This document shows, in pieces, positions 1 through 13,374 of a stretch of 64,000 nucleotides of DNA. Position 1 is the stretch's first letter; each line of letters starts with the position of its first letter. The stretch lies in the NCBI RefSeq assembly GCF_009834535.1, contig NC_045696.1:107386001-107450000 (forward strand), in the 5' to 3' direction. Origin of the DNA: Camelus ferus (Eukaryota). Below the pieces are notes generated by a model that did no database searches, had not been told where the DNA came from, and was given only the letters and a program-made list of their open reading frames with translations. Position numbers and translations under genes: made by a program.

Positions 1-329
1 TAGAATTGATTTCTTATTAGTACTAAAATGCCTGTGACATCAAGTGAAGTTTGTGATAAATGTGGGCTTTAATTTTAGATCCACTGCTGATCTAACTATG
101 TGGGTTACTCTGCTTTTCTGAGCCACAGCAGTCCACATTTAAAATGGAGATATAATATCTGTTTTTTTTGTTTGTTTTGTTTTATGATTTTCTAAGGGAT
201 AAAAAGAGAAGGTTAAGTAAGTGCATGTGGATTTTTTTGCGGTGTGGGTGTTGAGGCAAGGTTAACAATGCTGTGTGACTTTATGCTCCATGCATTTACA
301 AAGAAGAGCAAAGAGAAATGGAAAAACAC

Positions 330-605
330 AGGGCAACTATTTATTGAATGCCTATTATGTCCAATTCATTGTGATAATCCATTTACATAAATTCTTGTTA
401 ATCCTTATGAAGAATCCTTCATTCCAAACTAAGGCTCAGAAATGTGAAGTATTTTGCAAAAGATACATATTGTTATCCTCACTTTATAAATGAGGAAACT
501 AAGGCTTACAAAAGTGTAGTGATTTGCAGAAAGTCTTAAAACTAGTTAATGTCAGAATTTGAGCCCAGAGCAGGTTTAATCTGAAAGTTAATGCTTCTTT
601 CTACC
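330..605 (-). mobile_element. MIR SINE (degenerate)
   Basis: MIR core-like 'ttatcctcactttataaatgaggaaactaaggcttac...gatttgc...agaatttgagcccag'; begins with 'tttattgaatgcctattatgt'. Confidence 0.75.
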
Positions 606-681
606 GTGGGCAGTTACCAGGGAGAAAATGTACAGATACGACTCTCTCTCTCTCTGTTTGTTTGAAGTATTATAGTATTCA

Positions 682-790
682 AGAGCTGCTTTAGCCAGTT
701 AGTTAATTAGAATATTGTTGTAATAAATCTGTGTTTGTAGGTTTGGTCAGTAGTTTATTTAGGCTTTACAGGAAAAGTAGAATGTTAGTT
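682..790 (+). mobile_element. Ancient tRNA-derived SINE remnant (MamSINE1-like)
   Basis: 'agagctgctttagccagtt...ttagaatattgttgtaataa...gtaggtttg' loosely follows a tRNA-Ile-like head (tagctcagttggttagagc...taataac...ggttcg); heavily diverged. Confidence 0.4.
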
Positions 791-847
791 ATTTCCTGTT
801 ATCTGCAGGGTTTGTAGGATAAGCATCCCAGAAGCACACATTCAAAG

Positions 848-1147
848 CAGTGGGTCACTGAAGTATTTTCAGAACTTTAGTTGTTCAGCTATAAATGTCA
901 GTAGTTTTGCCATACGTATTTACCACCTTTACTATTATTTTCTAAGTGTTTTTTTTGTAATTATCTTTTACCCTTTGAGTTCATTTTGAAAGGAAACTAG
1001 AATATTACAGTTGAGTGGGAAATAATGTCACATGCCATATATAGAAAGTAGTTGTTAAAATCAATAAACAAGTATTAGATTTTCAAGTTTGCACCTGAAA
1101 CTATTCCTTAGCTACTAGTGGTTTGCATATCACTCATTGAAAAACTC
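848..1147. mobile_element. hAT-Charlie non-autonomous DNA transposon remnant
   Basis: CAGTGG-type start, internal 'tttgccatacgtatttaccacctttactattatttt', end 'ctactagtggtttgcatatcactcattgaaaaact'. Confidence 0.5.
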
Positions 1148-1384
1148 AAATTTGGAAGATTTAATCCTAGGAGTTTTATCTTTTTCTAAGATAAAATAAG
1201 CTGACAGAGAAAGATTGAGCTAAGGAAGGTACAGGCATTTATATTAAGCAAGAGCAAGACCAGAGAAGAAACCATTTGTGACTATGCCAAAATTGACTTC
1301 TTTAAGTGATGTGAACTGTTAGATGTGATTCATGTCAAATTATGATGTTAAGCACCGTAATTTGGGTCATTTTGATACCCTGTT

Positions 1385-2285
1385 TTGTGAAGTGATTGTT
1401 CTTGTCCCTTGTCCATTTTTTCTATTCGATTGTCTTTGTTTTGTTTTATAGGGGTCTTTTTATATTCTGAATATTGAGTCCTTTGTCACTTTAAATAGAT
1501 CACTAATATCTCCTGTTATGTAGTTGCCTAAGTTGCCTTTTAAAATGGTATCTTTTGATGCAGAGAAGTTCTTATATAGTTAAATTTATTAGTCTTTTCC
1601 TTTATACTTAGTGCTTTTTGTACCCTGTTTTAAAAAAATCTTTCCTTACTTGGAGTCATGAAGTTACTTTTCTGTATCATCTCGAAGCTGTATTTACTGT
1701 TCTCATTTAGGTATGTACTTTACCTGGAAATTATTTTTGTATGTGTCTGAGGTCAAATCTTAATTTTTTTTATATGGATATCCAGTTGTCCCAGCACCAC
1801 TTAGGAAAATCAAACAAAAAAATCAGAAACCTTTCCTATTGTTCTGCAATGTCATCTTTTTATAATTCATGTCCATATATGCATGCTTTGTCTCTGGACC
1901 TGTATCCTGTTAACATTAGTCTGTCTATCCTTGCACTGATATTGTTGCCTTCCTTATTTATTGAGCTTAATGTTAACTCTGAATACTACAAAGCAAGTCT
2001 TTCCACTCTGTTCTTTTTGAAGCCTTCCTAGTCGTATTTTTTTGCATTTTAGAACCACCCTGTCAGTGTACCAATCTCCCCCGCCCCCAAAGAAAAAAAG
2101 AAACCAATAAAACCCCCAGCCAAACCACAAAACCTGTTGGGATTTTGATTGAGATTGCATTGCATTTGGGGTGGGAAGAAATGACATCCTTTATAGCTTT
2201 TTGGATAGAAGTTCTGCATATCTTTTGTTAGATTAATTACTAGATATTTGATTTTTTATGCTATTATAAGTATTGTCTTTAGTTT
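1385..2285 (-). mobile_element. Old L1 (L1M/L1ME-like) ORF2 3' fragments
   Basis: Antisense L1 motifs 'tggatatccagttgtcccagcaccac' and 'gggattttgattgagattgcattg'. Confidence 0.8.
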
Positions 2286-4154
2286 TTTTTCTTTTTAAAG
2301 GTGGGCTCTCGGGAGTTTTGTAGCAAAATTTTTTTGTGAATAGAATTTCATTCTAGCTCTAAATCAAATTGTCCAAAGCATTTCCAGAATTTCTAAAGCC
2401 TGAGAGCCTGCCAGATGCTATACAAAATAATTGCTTCTGATAATGACATTTTCCTTTTGTTTTCAAAGAAGCTGGACAAAGTGATTATTGTGTATTGTGA
2501 TAAAACATACTTCACGTGATCATTTCACTTATCTCAGTTTGGTTGAGTAGATTGTATTTTTCTGTATTTGGCTTTTAGTTGCATTTACAGTTTTAAGCTA
2601 CTCACAAAAATAGTTGCTTAAGTAAAATAGTTTATTTACTCTTTTTTAGTTTTAGATTTTTCTTCTTGGCAAACTTTACTTTGCCAAGTTAAAGCAAATA
2701 GTAAATAGTTTCTTGTGGTCCCTAGTTGTAATGGGGTAGGGGCTATGACCTACATAAACATTAAAGTGAAGTACATTATGCAAATTACAGCCTTGTTTGC
2801 AATAAATATGAAGTATAAAGAAGACTGAAATTCTAGGACTGTGGAAAGGAAACAAAATACAGTGTAGGTTTAATTCTGCATAGTGGTGTGTGTGTGAGAG
2901 AGAAAAAATTATGTAGGAGCCCTGGGATTGGAGCACTGGAATAGAGTCTAAGGGGGAAAAGTATCAGAGAATAAAGGTGTAAAATGAAATATCCTTTGAA
3001 GGGGATGATAAAATAATATTTTAACAGCTTATTTGTTCTTGGAAAATCATTATGAATTCAGATTTCAATACTGTGGGAAAACTGATCTTCAGAAATAAAC
3101 ATTTTAAATAAAATACATAGTAATTTTGCATAGGTGAACTTTCCTGTCCTTAAAATGAGAATATCCAGGAAGGAAGGAAGGATAAAACCCAGCATATTTC
3201 TCGGGGTAAATAGGTCAAAAAATGTTGTATTATGTTTTATGAATAAATTCTGTGGTATTTATCTGGAGTTCTCAAGCCTTTCTTTAATTAGGGCGAAGTT
3301 CATTTAAACTCACAACCATAGTTAACCTATGTAAATCGTACTGTAATCTGACTTTCCTAGATCATAAATTCTTCGTCAGCTTAGTTATAAAGTATGCAGT
3401 AGTAAATATACACATGCTTAAAATAATTATAAGGATTTACCACACATTTAAAAAATTCTATGATCCTTTTTAACATTGTGAAAAATTGACATTATAATTA
3501 TTTTTCTCATAGAAAAAGTATAACAACATTGTGAAAGTCATGCATTTTAAAGTCATTTTCTGGTCTATGTAATAAAACTTTTTTTAGCTTTTTATAATTA
3601 AAAGTATAAAGTGTACAGAAAAGATTACATAAATACTCAGCTCAAGTGAATTTTCACATGGTCACCAATTTGACACAACTAACACTATATCAAAAACAGA
3701 ACTTTACCTGCCCCTTAGAAGTCCCTCCACATTCTCTTCTGGTCATTGCAGCCCTTTTAAACAGCATATATTAGTTCCACAAAATCATTTTATAGTTGAC
3801 TACAATTCAAGTAACAAATTGACTAAATAAAGAATTTCTTATTCTATGACAAATTAAGCTAATGATTCAGTATTGTTAGTAGCCAACATTGCAAAATGGA
3901 GGAAGAAATAATTAAGTACTAAGTATATTCAGTAGTTTAATTTAGTACTAACTAGGAAACAAAATTATTTGTAACAACCATACTCTCATATACTACTCAG
4001 CACAAAAATGGACAACACATTATTTTTTGGGGGAGGTTGGAGGATTAAACTAGGCTGCTAACAATAGTATAAATACCAATATAGTAAGTAGTGAAACTTT
4101 ATTTCAAGTTAGTAATTGATAGTTCAAATTGGTTTCTCAGCATTAGCCTTTACT

Positions 4155-7100
4155 TTTTTAAAAAATTGAGGTAAAATTCATATAACATACAATTAACTAT
4201 TTTGAAATACAATTCAGTGGTATTTAGTGCAGTTGTACTGTTGTGCAGCTCTACCTCTCTAGTTTCAAAACATTTTCATCACACCAGAAGATTAATCAAT
4301 TATGTAATCACACATCAATTAAGTAATCATTCCCCATTCCCCTGACATCTGTCAAAAATCAATCCCCTGGCAACCCCTCACCTGCTTTCTTTCTCTGTGG
4401 ATTTGCTTATTCATAGTGTTTCATATAAATGGCATCATTTAATATATGTCTGGCTTCTTTCACTTAGTATAGTATTTTTGAGGTTCATCCAAATTGTAGC
4501 TTGTATCAGTACTTATTTCTTTTTATGGCTGAATGATCTGCCATTGTATATATGCCATTTTATATTAGGGACTTGAGCATGTGTGGATTTTCGTATCCAT
4601 GGTGGGGTCCTGGAACCAATCCCCTGAAGATACCAAGGGACAACTGTACCACAGTTTGTTCATTCATCTGATGCACATTTTGGCATCATTGACTACATCA
4701 TTTTACATTTTCACTAGTAGTATAGGATTCCTATTAGACCACATCTTTGTCAACACTTAAAAAAAATGTTTTGATTAAAAAAAATCAGTTATGGTTACTG
4801 TAGCTTTATATAAGTTTTGAAATTGAGAGGTGTGAGCCCTCCAACTTTGTTTTTCCTTTTAAGTATTGTTTTGATTATTTGGAGTCCCTTGCAGTTTCAT
4901 ACGATCTGAGGATTAACTTTTCCATTTCCACATCCCACTGGGTGTGAGGCAGTATCTCATGGCTTTGGCTTGAATTCTCTTAATGACCAATGAAGTCGAG
5001 TATTTTTTTATGTGCTTGTTGGCCAGTGTATATTATCTTTGGAAAAATTTTTTTTCAACTTTGTTGCTCATTTAAAAAATTGGGTTATTTGTCTTTTCGT
5101 TATGTTAATAAAAATCTTTGTATGTTCTGAATACTAGGCCTCTATCAGATGTATGATTTACACATATTTTCTTTCATCTGTGAGCTCTTTTAACTCGATA
5201 GTGTCCAAAGTTTTTAAATTCAGTGAGGTGTAATTTTTTTTCCCTTGAAGTACTTAGGCTTTTGATGTTACATCTAAGAAACCATTGCAAACTCCAGGGT
5301 CATAGATTACCTCTGTGTTTTCTTACAAGACTTTTATAGTTTTAGTCCTTTTATTTAGGTCTTTGATCTGTCCTGATCTAACTTCTATATGGTGTGAGAT
5401 AAGAGCCCCATTCATTCTGTTTCATGTGGATATCAAATTATCCCAACTTTTTTTGTTGAAGAAACTGCTACTTCATTATTGATGTCAAAAGTTGACCACA
5501 GAAGTATGAATTTATTTCTAGATTCTTAAGTCTTTTCTCTTAGTTTGTAAGTCTGTACTAATGCCAGTACCATCTGTTAGTAGATCTGTAGGAAGTTTTG
5601 AAATTGGGAGGTGTGAGCCATCCTACTTCATTTTTATTTTTCAATATTGTTTTGACTGTTCAGTTGCCCCCTTGCAATTCCATATTAATTTGGGGATTGA
5701 CTTTTCCATTTCCCCAATAAAAGATTATTTGGATTTTGAAGGGGATTGTACTGAGTCTGTAGATCACTTTGGAGAGTAGTGCCACTTTAGCAATGTTAAG
5801 TAGTCTTCCAATCTGTGAATGTAGGATGACTTTACACTTAATTAGGTCTTCTTAATTTCTTTCAGCAGTGTTTTGTAGTATTTAGTTTACAGGTTTTTAA
5901 CCCCCTTGGTTAAACTTATTCTTTGTTTGTTTGTTTTTCTTTTTTGATGTTATTGTAAATGAAATTATTTTGTTAATTTCCTTTTTGAATTGCTCATTAT
6001 GAATAGAAACACATGGATTTTTGTGTGTTGATCTTACATCCTGCAACTTGGCTCAATTTGTTTATTAGCTTAGTAGATTTTTTTGTGGGTTCTTTAGTAT
6101 AGTCTATATCTGATCATGTTATGTACAGCCAGAGTTAGTTATACTTGTTCTTTTCCAATATGGATGCCTTTTTTTTTTGCCTAATTGCTCTGGCTAAGAA
6201 TTCCAGATATTGAATAGCAATTGTCTTCCTTGCCTTGTTCCTGATGTAAGGGGGAAAGCTTTTATTTTGTTCTTTTGCCATGAGTACGATGTTAACTCTG
6301 GGTGTTTCATAAATTTGTTTCGTCATGTTAGGTAAACTCCCTTCCATTCCTACTTTTCTGATTATTTTTAGAATGAAAGGCTGTTGAACTTTGTCAAATG
6401 CTTCTTATGTGTGTCTATGGAAATGATCATGTGTTTTTTTTCTTCTAAGTTCTATTAATATGGTTTATTTCATTGATGAAATTATATGAGCCATCCTTGC
6501 ATTCCGTTGATAATTTGGTCATGGTATATAATCCTTTTAATGTGCTATTGTATTTGACTTGTGGATATTTTGTGAGGGTTTTTGCATATATATTCATGAA
6601 GAATATTGGCCTATGGTTTTTGTTTTTTTGTTAACCTTTGTATTTTTGTTTTGCTTTGGTATCAAGGTAATACTGCTCTCATAGAATGTGTTAGGAAGTA
6701 TCACTACTTGTAATTTTTGGAAGAGTTTGATAGTAATGGTGTTAATTCTTTTAAAATGTTTGGTAGAATTCACCGGTGAAGCCATCTGGATTTAGGCTTT
6801 TCTTTCTGTAGAAGTTTTTGACTGTAGATTCTCTTAGTATAGGTATATTGAGATTTTCTCTTTGAGTTAGTTTTGGCTTGTTTCGTTTACATTATCTAAT
6901 TTGTTAAATACAGTTGTTCCTAGTATTCTCTTACAGTACTTTTATTTTCTGTGAGATTAGTAGTAATGTCCTCACTTTCATTTCTGATTTTAGTTGGTTG
7001 ATCCTTTATGATTTTTTTTTTTTAGTCTCTATTTCATTTATCTCTTCTCTAGTGTATTATTTCCTTTTTGCTGGCTTTGGGTTTTGTTTGCTCTTCTTTT

Positions 7101-7690
7101 TCTAATTCCTTAAGTTATAGATTATTGATTTGAAATAGTTCTTTTTTAGGTGTTTTTAGAAGCTATAGATTACCTTCTGGGCACTGCTTTTGCTGTATCC
7201 AAGGTTTTAATAAGTTATATTTTTATTTTCATTAGTCTCAATTTATTTTCTAATTTTCCTTATAATTTATTCTTTGATGTGTTCCTTGTTTAAGGTTATG
7301 TTTGTATTGCTAATTTTCTAGTTTTCCTTCTGTTACTGATTCTCATTTCATTCCATTGTGGTCCAAGAAAATACACTAGATTTCAGTCTTTGAAATTTAT
7401 CAAGGATTGTTTTGGTGCCTAACATATGGTCTATCCCAGAGAATGTTCCATGTATACTTGAGAAGAGTGTGTTCTGCTCCTCTTAGGTGGAGTGTTTTGT
7501 GTATGTGTGTTATATCTAGTTGATTTATAATGTTGTTCAGGTTCTCTATTTTCTTATTGATCTTCTGTCTGAATGTTCCAGCCATTGTTGAAAGTGGGAG
7601 TTTTGGAGTCTTCAACTATTATTCAACAGTCTGTTTCTCCTTTCAGTTCTCAGTGTTTGCATATTTATTTTGGGGCTTTTTTGCTTGCTT
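4155..7690 (-). mobile_element. L1 (L1MB-like) 3' UTR plus ORF2, frameshifted
   Basis: 3' end 'aattgaggtaaaattcatataacatac'; minus-strand ORF pieces resemble ORF2p (6594-6785 'LPNTFYESSITLIPK', 7400-7615 'RQKINKKIENLNNIINQLDITHI'). Confidence 0.9.
4551..4646 (+). mobile_element. MER2 (TcMar-Tigger) 3' fragment nested in L1
   Basis: 'gccattttatattagggacttgagcat...gtcctggaaccaatcccc...ataccaagggacaactg' followed by TA; the host L1 resumes afterwards. Confidence 0.85.
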
Positions 7691-8084
7691 GTAATTGTTA
7701 CCAATTTGTTGGCCTAAAATTTATGAATGAACCTGGATAACTGAAGTAAATTATAAGTTTAATCATAAGTGAATTTATAACTGAATTTATAAAAGTATAT
7801 TTTCTAATTTAATATAATGTAACTTAATGTCAGCCATTATTGGTTGAAAATAATTTTAACAAATAGTGATTTTCATTTAAAAAAATAGTATAAAATAATA
7901 GCCAAATTAGATTTGAATTAATCATTAATACTTAATTTGTATAGTGGAACTGTGGGGGCAAAGAAATAGCTCTTTATGTTTTATGATGTTAATTAGCAGA
8001 CTGCATTTGAAGTTTCAATGGGTAGAAGGAATGAATTTGTAAAATGATTCTCCCAAAGTAATAGCTACTTTTTATTAAGTGGTT

Positions 8085-8300
8085 GCTATATTCTTAGAAC
8101 ACTGAAAAATGCAGTAGATGATCTGTTTTAATCCTTAGAGCATCCCCTCAAGACAGGTATTTTCTTTATCTTTTCTGTTGAGAAAATTGATTTTCAGAGA
8201 GGTTAAGTAAATTTATATGGTGGGGTGGGCAATATCAGCTATTAAGTGGCCAAGGTAGGAAGGAAGTTCAGGTCCTTCTGGCTCCATCTGTTTCACTGAG
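8085..8300 (-). mobile_element. MIR fragment
   Basis: 'gagaaaattgattttcagagaggttaagtaaattt...cagctattaagtggc'. Confidence 0.6.
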
Positions 8301-9427
8301 CTGCTTTTGATTATGGGATAGAATGACTTCCAGGACTCACCTGAAAAAGTAGAAAGAGCACTGCTTATTCTGTAGCAATAATTTTTCTATAATGAGGTAC
8401 TGGGTATTGACATTTTCCTTGAAGTAGAGATTCTTAATAAGATTTTTTTCTATTATATACACACATAGACATTTGAGGTTAGACTAGTGGTAGTGGTGTG
8501 TCAACTAGAGATTAAGTTTTGATCAGGAACCAAAACATTTCAAGGGTAAAAATCAATTTTTTACCCCAAAAGGTCTAATTTAATATCATATATTTCAGAC
8601 AAATTGGATATTTGAAAATAAAATATATTTAAAGGTTTTTGAAGATGCAGTAACTCAAGATAGGGATTTGTTACATCTGCTTAAAGTAATTGAGAAAGCA
8701 CATTTATGACTTTTTATATTATTCTTGAGAGACCTTGTGTTAATTTCTCGCTGACAATCTCATTATAAGTAACCAAATCATTGGTTCACATTCTATAACT
8801 GGAAGAGATTTTTGAAGTAATCTAGTTCTATATGTCCATTTGACAGGTGCGAAAACTTGAGTTGAAAGTTACTGAGGTTAGAAACCTAGTTTAGTGATCT
8901 CTTTTCTGTAAATCTCCTTGGTACTTAGTTGCTCAAGATTAGGAATAGAGGATAGCATGAGCATCCAGAAATCATTTTTTGTAATTACCAATTCTAGGCC
9001 AAGCTTTCTAGACAGGGAGGAAGATATAATTTGGGAGGTGTGCCCAAAAGGAGAGGTGCTGGAAGGACATTGTCACATTATAGGCATGTTGAAGAACATA
9101 GCACATCAAAGAAAGGGAAGAATAAAGTGGTCCTTTTCAACAATTGGGCAGTTTTGAATAGTCTACAGTAAATTTATAGGCATTAGCAGGCAAGAGGAAG
9201 AATTGGAGGGCTGTAACGTGGTAACAAGCATAGAATTTTGAAGATGGTCATTTGTAGACATGATGTGGCTACTTGGTAGGGCCCTGCTTCTTAGGGTTAA
9301 TCAAACATGTTTGCCGTTAACTTCTTACTGGTTCCTCTGAAAAGTATTTTTCTTTTATAAAAATGTGGACCTGAAGACTTAAAGATTATGAATCACAAAC
9401 TGTAGTATTTATTTTGTATATTTTAAT

Positions 9428-9615
9428 CCAGTGGTTGTCAGTACAGTGATTGGGATTGTATAACATCAGAATTGTCTAGGGAGATTTTTGGGAAAGCATA
9501 TATTTATTTATGACTCACCTCAGGTAAATCAGAATGTATAAATATTGGGTCAGAGTAGAGAGGAAGATACTATTTATATTTTGGAAAAAACTACCTAGGT
9601 GATTATTTCAGCCCT
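9428..9615. mobile_element. MER5-like hAT-Charlie remnant
   Basis: 'ccagtggttgtca...acatcagaattgtctagggag...aaatcagaat...cctaggtgatt'. Confidence 0.5.
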
Positions 9616-9789
9616 CTATCTACTCCCCCAAAAGGGGGTTTAAAAAGTCAAACTAAAATCTTCTGTCAAAGATAGAATTTGGAGGAGTCTGATTGGATCA
9701 GGAGAGCTTAAATTCACTGATTTATCTAGTTTAAAGTATCACAATGTATCCTGATGAAGGATACATTTCAGTTTGTGGAAGAGGGCACA

Positions 9790-10870
9790 GTATAAACAAT
9801 AGCTAAACATAAGTAAATAGATTAAATGATAAGTGATAAATACTCTTGTAAAAGAAAAAAGAAGAACAAAGTAGGGGTTGAGATAGTTGGGAGGCAGAAG
9901 GTTGCAATTATTAGAATGGTAAGAATAAAACTATTGAGAATCAATGACTTGAAGAAGTAAATATCTGATGTAGATATTTGATGGTGGGGGAAATTAGCTT
10001 TGCAGCTATTTGGTGATAATGTCAGTGTAGGGAGTTGCATAATACAAACTAGGAGTTTGGGAGATTCTTGGGCTAGAGATACGAAATTGAGCTATCAGTT
10101 TCTAAACTTTGATCTTTAAAGCTATGAGATTACATGTCATCTGTGGGGACTGAGTATAGATACAGAGGATGGGTTATTTTGTACTGGGGTATGTGCTCCA
10201 ATCTTCAGTGGTTGGGGAGGAAAGAGGAACCAGTAAAATTGGTACTGGCAAAGGACAGCTGAAAGAGTAAGGTCTTCTGGAAACCAGCAAATGTTTTAAT
10301 TTTGACTGTGCTACTGATAGGTCAAGTTAAGATAAGGACTGAATATTGGTCATTGGGCTTAGCAACAAGGAGTTAATGGTGACCTTACCTGGCTGTTTTG
10401 GTGGCATAGTGAAGACAAAGTCTTACAGGAGTGAGTTTAAGAGTGAATGAGGTGAGAGATGTTGGAAATGGCAAGTATAGACAGTTCTTTTGAGACATTT
10501 TGTTGCAAATGGGAGCAGAGAAATAGGGTAGTATCTAGAGTAGAAAATGGGTTTCAGAGAAGATTTTTAAAAGAAATTGATAATGTGTTTCTGTGCCAAG
10601 GTGAATGATCAATTAGTGTGTGAAAAATTGAAACAGGAAAAAGATTGAGGAACTGTGGGAACACATTTTGAGAAGTTCATTGGAGAGAGGCATATTATGT
10701 GGATATAGATGGTGGTGGGTGGGTAAATGAAGGATTTTTAGTTTGTGGAAATTTTCTGATACTTGGAGTTTTTTCAGTGAAGAGGGAAGCTGAGCAAAGA
10801 TGAGAGAAAATTTGTTCTAGGATTGAAGAGATTTGATGTGGGTGTATGTGAAATGGTTGTCTAGGACAGT
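9790..10870 (-). mobile_element. L2 LINE fragment
   Basis: Purine-rich + strand with L2 motifs 'gataggtcaagttaagataaggactga...ttagcaac...ggtgacctt' and 'agtatagacagttcttttgag'. Confidence 0.8.
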
Positions 10871-11080
10871 GGGGAAGTAAATGTTCATTATTTAATTTTT
10901 TTTCAAAAGTATATGAAATAGAATATGAGAATTCCTATTCACTTTATTACCTGTTACTGTTTCTAAGAAGTAATTACTGTTAATGATTTTCTTTTGTAAT
11001 CCTTCCATAGCGTTTTTTTCTTAGTTACTTAGAAATGTATGCTTATACATATATGGGATTAAAAACAAATGTAACTGGGC

Positions 11081-11534
11081 TGTGTAGGGTTGAATGGTGC
11101 CCTTCCACTCCTTAACACGTCCAAGTCCTAAGCCTCTGGAACCTGTGAATGTGACTTTTGGAGAAAGGATCTTTGCAGATATAATTAAGGGTCTTAAGGT
11201 AAGGTCATCTTGGATTAGGGTGGGCATCTAATCCATTGACAAGTGTCATAGAAGAGAAGACACAGAGAAGCAGGCCATGTGAAGTCTGCAGATATGGGGG
11301 AAGGTGATGTGAAGATGGAAGCAGAGATTGAAGCCACAAACCAAGGATCACTTGGAGCCAACAGAAAGTGGAAGAGGCAAGGAAGGATTTTCCTGTAGAA
11401 CTTTTGTAGGGAGCAGGGCCCTGCCTACACCTTGATTTTGGACTTCTTCTCCAGAACTGTGAAGAGTAAATTTGTGTTGTTTTAAGCCACCAATTTGTGA
11501 TAATTTGTTATGGCAGCCTAAGGAAGCTAATATA
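11081..11534 (+). mobile_element. MLT1C-like solo LTR (ERVL-MaLR)
   Basis: 'tg...gggttgaatggtgcc...acctgtgaatgtgac...ctttgcagat...gattagggtggg...ccagaactgtga...ttgttatggcagcc...ctaatata'. Confidence 0.9.
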
Positions 11535-13219
11535 ATTCATACTATACATCTTGTTCTACAGCTTTTAACTTTTTATTGTGAGCATCTTTCTTGTTACTGC
11601 ATATGGTTAGATTTTGTTCTTAATGACAACTGCGTTGTGCTTCCATAGGATGAATCTACTCTGTGTGGTATGTCCATACATGGTATAGTGTGGACATTTA
11701 GCTTATTTCTAATTTCTAATCCTTTAATAAACAATTTTGTTTTTAGATCTTTGTTGCTTAAATGTATTTCTGTCTCTCAAATTCCTCCTAAGAAGGATCT
11801 GACAAATATGTCCTGCTAAAAGACTTGTAATTTATGTTCTCATTTTAATTTGAGTGTTGGCTAACACTGAATATTATCAGGCTTTAACTTATCTGATGAA
11901 TGAACAATAGTATATTGTTTTGTTTTGCTTTCCTATAATTGCTAGTGAAATTAAATATTTTGTCATGCTTGACCATTTGTAAAGCTTTCTAAAAATGATA
12001 CTCATTGTTTTAAAAGAAAGTATCAAAGTTTAATAAACTTCAGATGTATTTTTAAGAGACAAATGTATAATTTTCTTCGCAGTTGACAATTATCTTCCTT
12101 TAGTTTAATCAAATTTAAGAGTAAGCCTACCCTAACATAAAATGTTAGCAAAAAGGGGAGGACAAAAGTAGAATTTGTGAGTGTAGTTTGGCATGTTAAA
12201 CTTTTATAAATTGCAGGTAATCTTGCATAATATGAAATTGTTTAACTTACAGAAAACTGGTATTTTGTGACCATTAGAAAACCTCTTTTGTCATGAACTG
12301 CAGCTCTTACGACTTAGAATCATGAGTTCTAGATACAGCTTCTCATACCACTCTTCTTTGAACCCTATGTCTAGATTTCTAATTTTTTTTTTTTTAATTT
12401 CAGAATCCTCCACTCCTGTATACAGGCATATGCAGATTTAATGCCTGAAGGATACCTTATATCTTTTCGTCACAACTTTGGGAAATTGTCCTTTATATTT
12501 TCTTCAGGAAAATTTTGACTTAGTTTATCAATGCAAGTAGTGAAATAAACCATGATATGGACCTTTCATAATGAAAATCTTCTTATCCTGGAAAATCAAA
12601 GAAATCATCATAATCTTAATTATTGAAATTAAATATAATCAGAGTATCTTACATTATTTTAAGTGAAGATAAAAAAATCAAAGAAGGAAGATTTATTGCT
12701 CCTATTGTCATAGATTAAACAGAAAATATGGCTAGTGAATTAAGTTGTAACTTGATTCCCCACTCTGTAATTAAGAAATTAATTATCTAGTCAAGAAACT
12801 CCTAGATAAACTTCCCCTTCCAACACTGAGAATTTGATTCATCCCTTGGCTTCTCCTTTAACTAAGTCTCCTACTGTTATGATAGACTGATGTCTGTTGA
12901 TTCATAGGTCTGTGAAAGATGGCCCAGATTCAGTATACTCTGTCTGAAGTTACTGTTCCAATGTAGTCGTTTACTTTGGAATATTCTATAAATTTTGTGA
13001 GTTTTGTTCAGATTTTGAAAGAAAAAGTTAATCTTTATTTCTCTTTACTTTTTTCTTATGGCTGGTTGGAGGAAATAGGGGGGAAATGACAAATTGTCGT
13101 AGAGTTAAGTAAGGTTAAACAACACTTTGAAAATGGTACCTGATGAGGCAAGTCAACAGCATTTAGGAATGAAAGTGAATGAAAGAGTTCTTGTCTTTTT
13201 TGCTGTGAATGTAGTTATG

Positions 13220-13304
13220 AATGATACTGGAAAACAGTGAAAGAAGTGAAGAGTATCAAGCAAATGATACTGGAAAACAGTGAAAGAAGTGAAGAGTATC
13301 AAGC
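13220..13304. repeat. Tandem duplication, 42 bp identical x2 (period 43)
   Basis: aatgatactggaaaacagtgaaagaagtgaagagtatcaagc at 13220-13261 and 13263-13304. Confidence 0.97.
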
Positions 13305-13374
13305 CAATATAGTCAAATGATGATGAAAAAATATAGTTGACTAATTCTCTAATTTGGGACAATTTTTGGGTTAT

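Noticed and set aside
3916..3950. AGTACTAA/TTAGTACT inverted repeat
   Set aside because: An 8-bp AT-rich stem is expected by chance in this composition.
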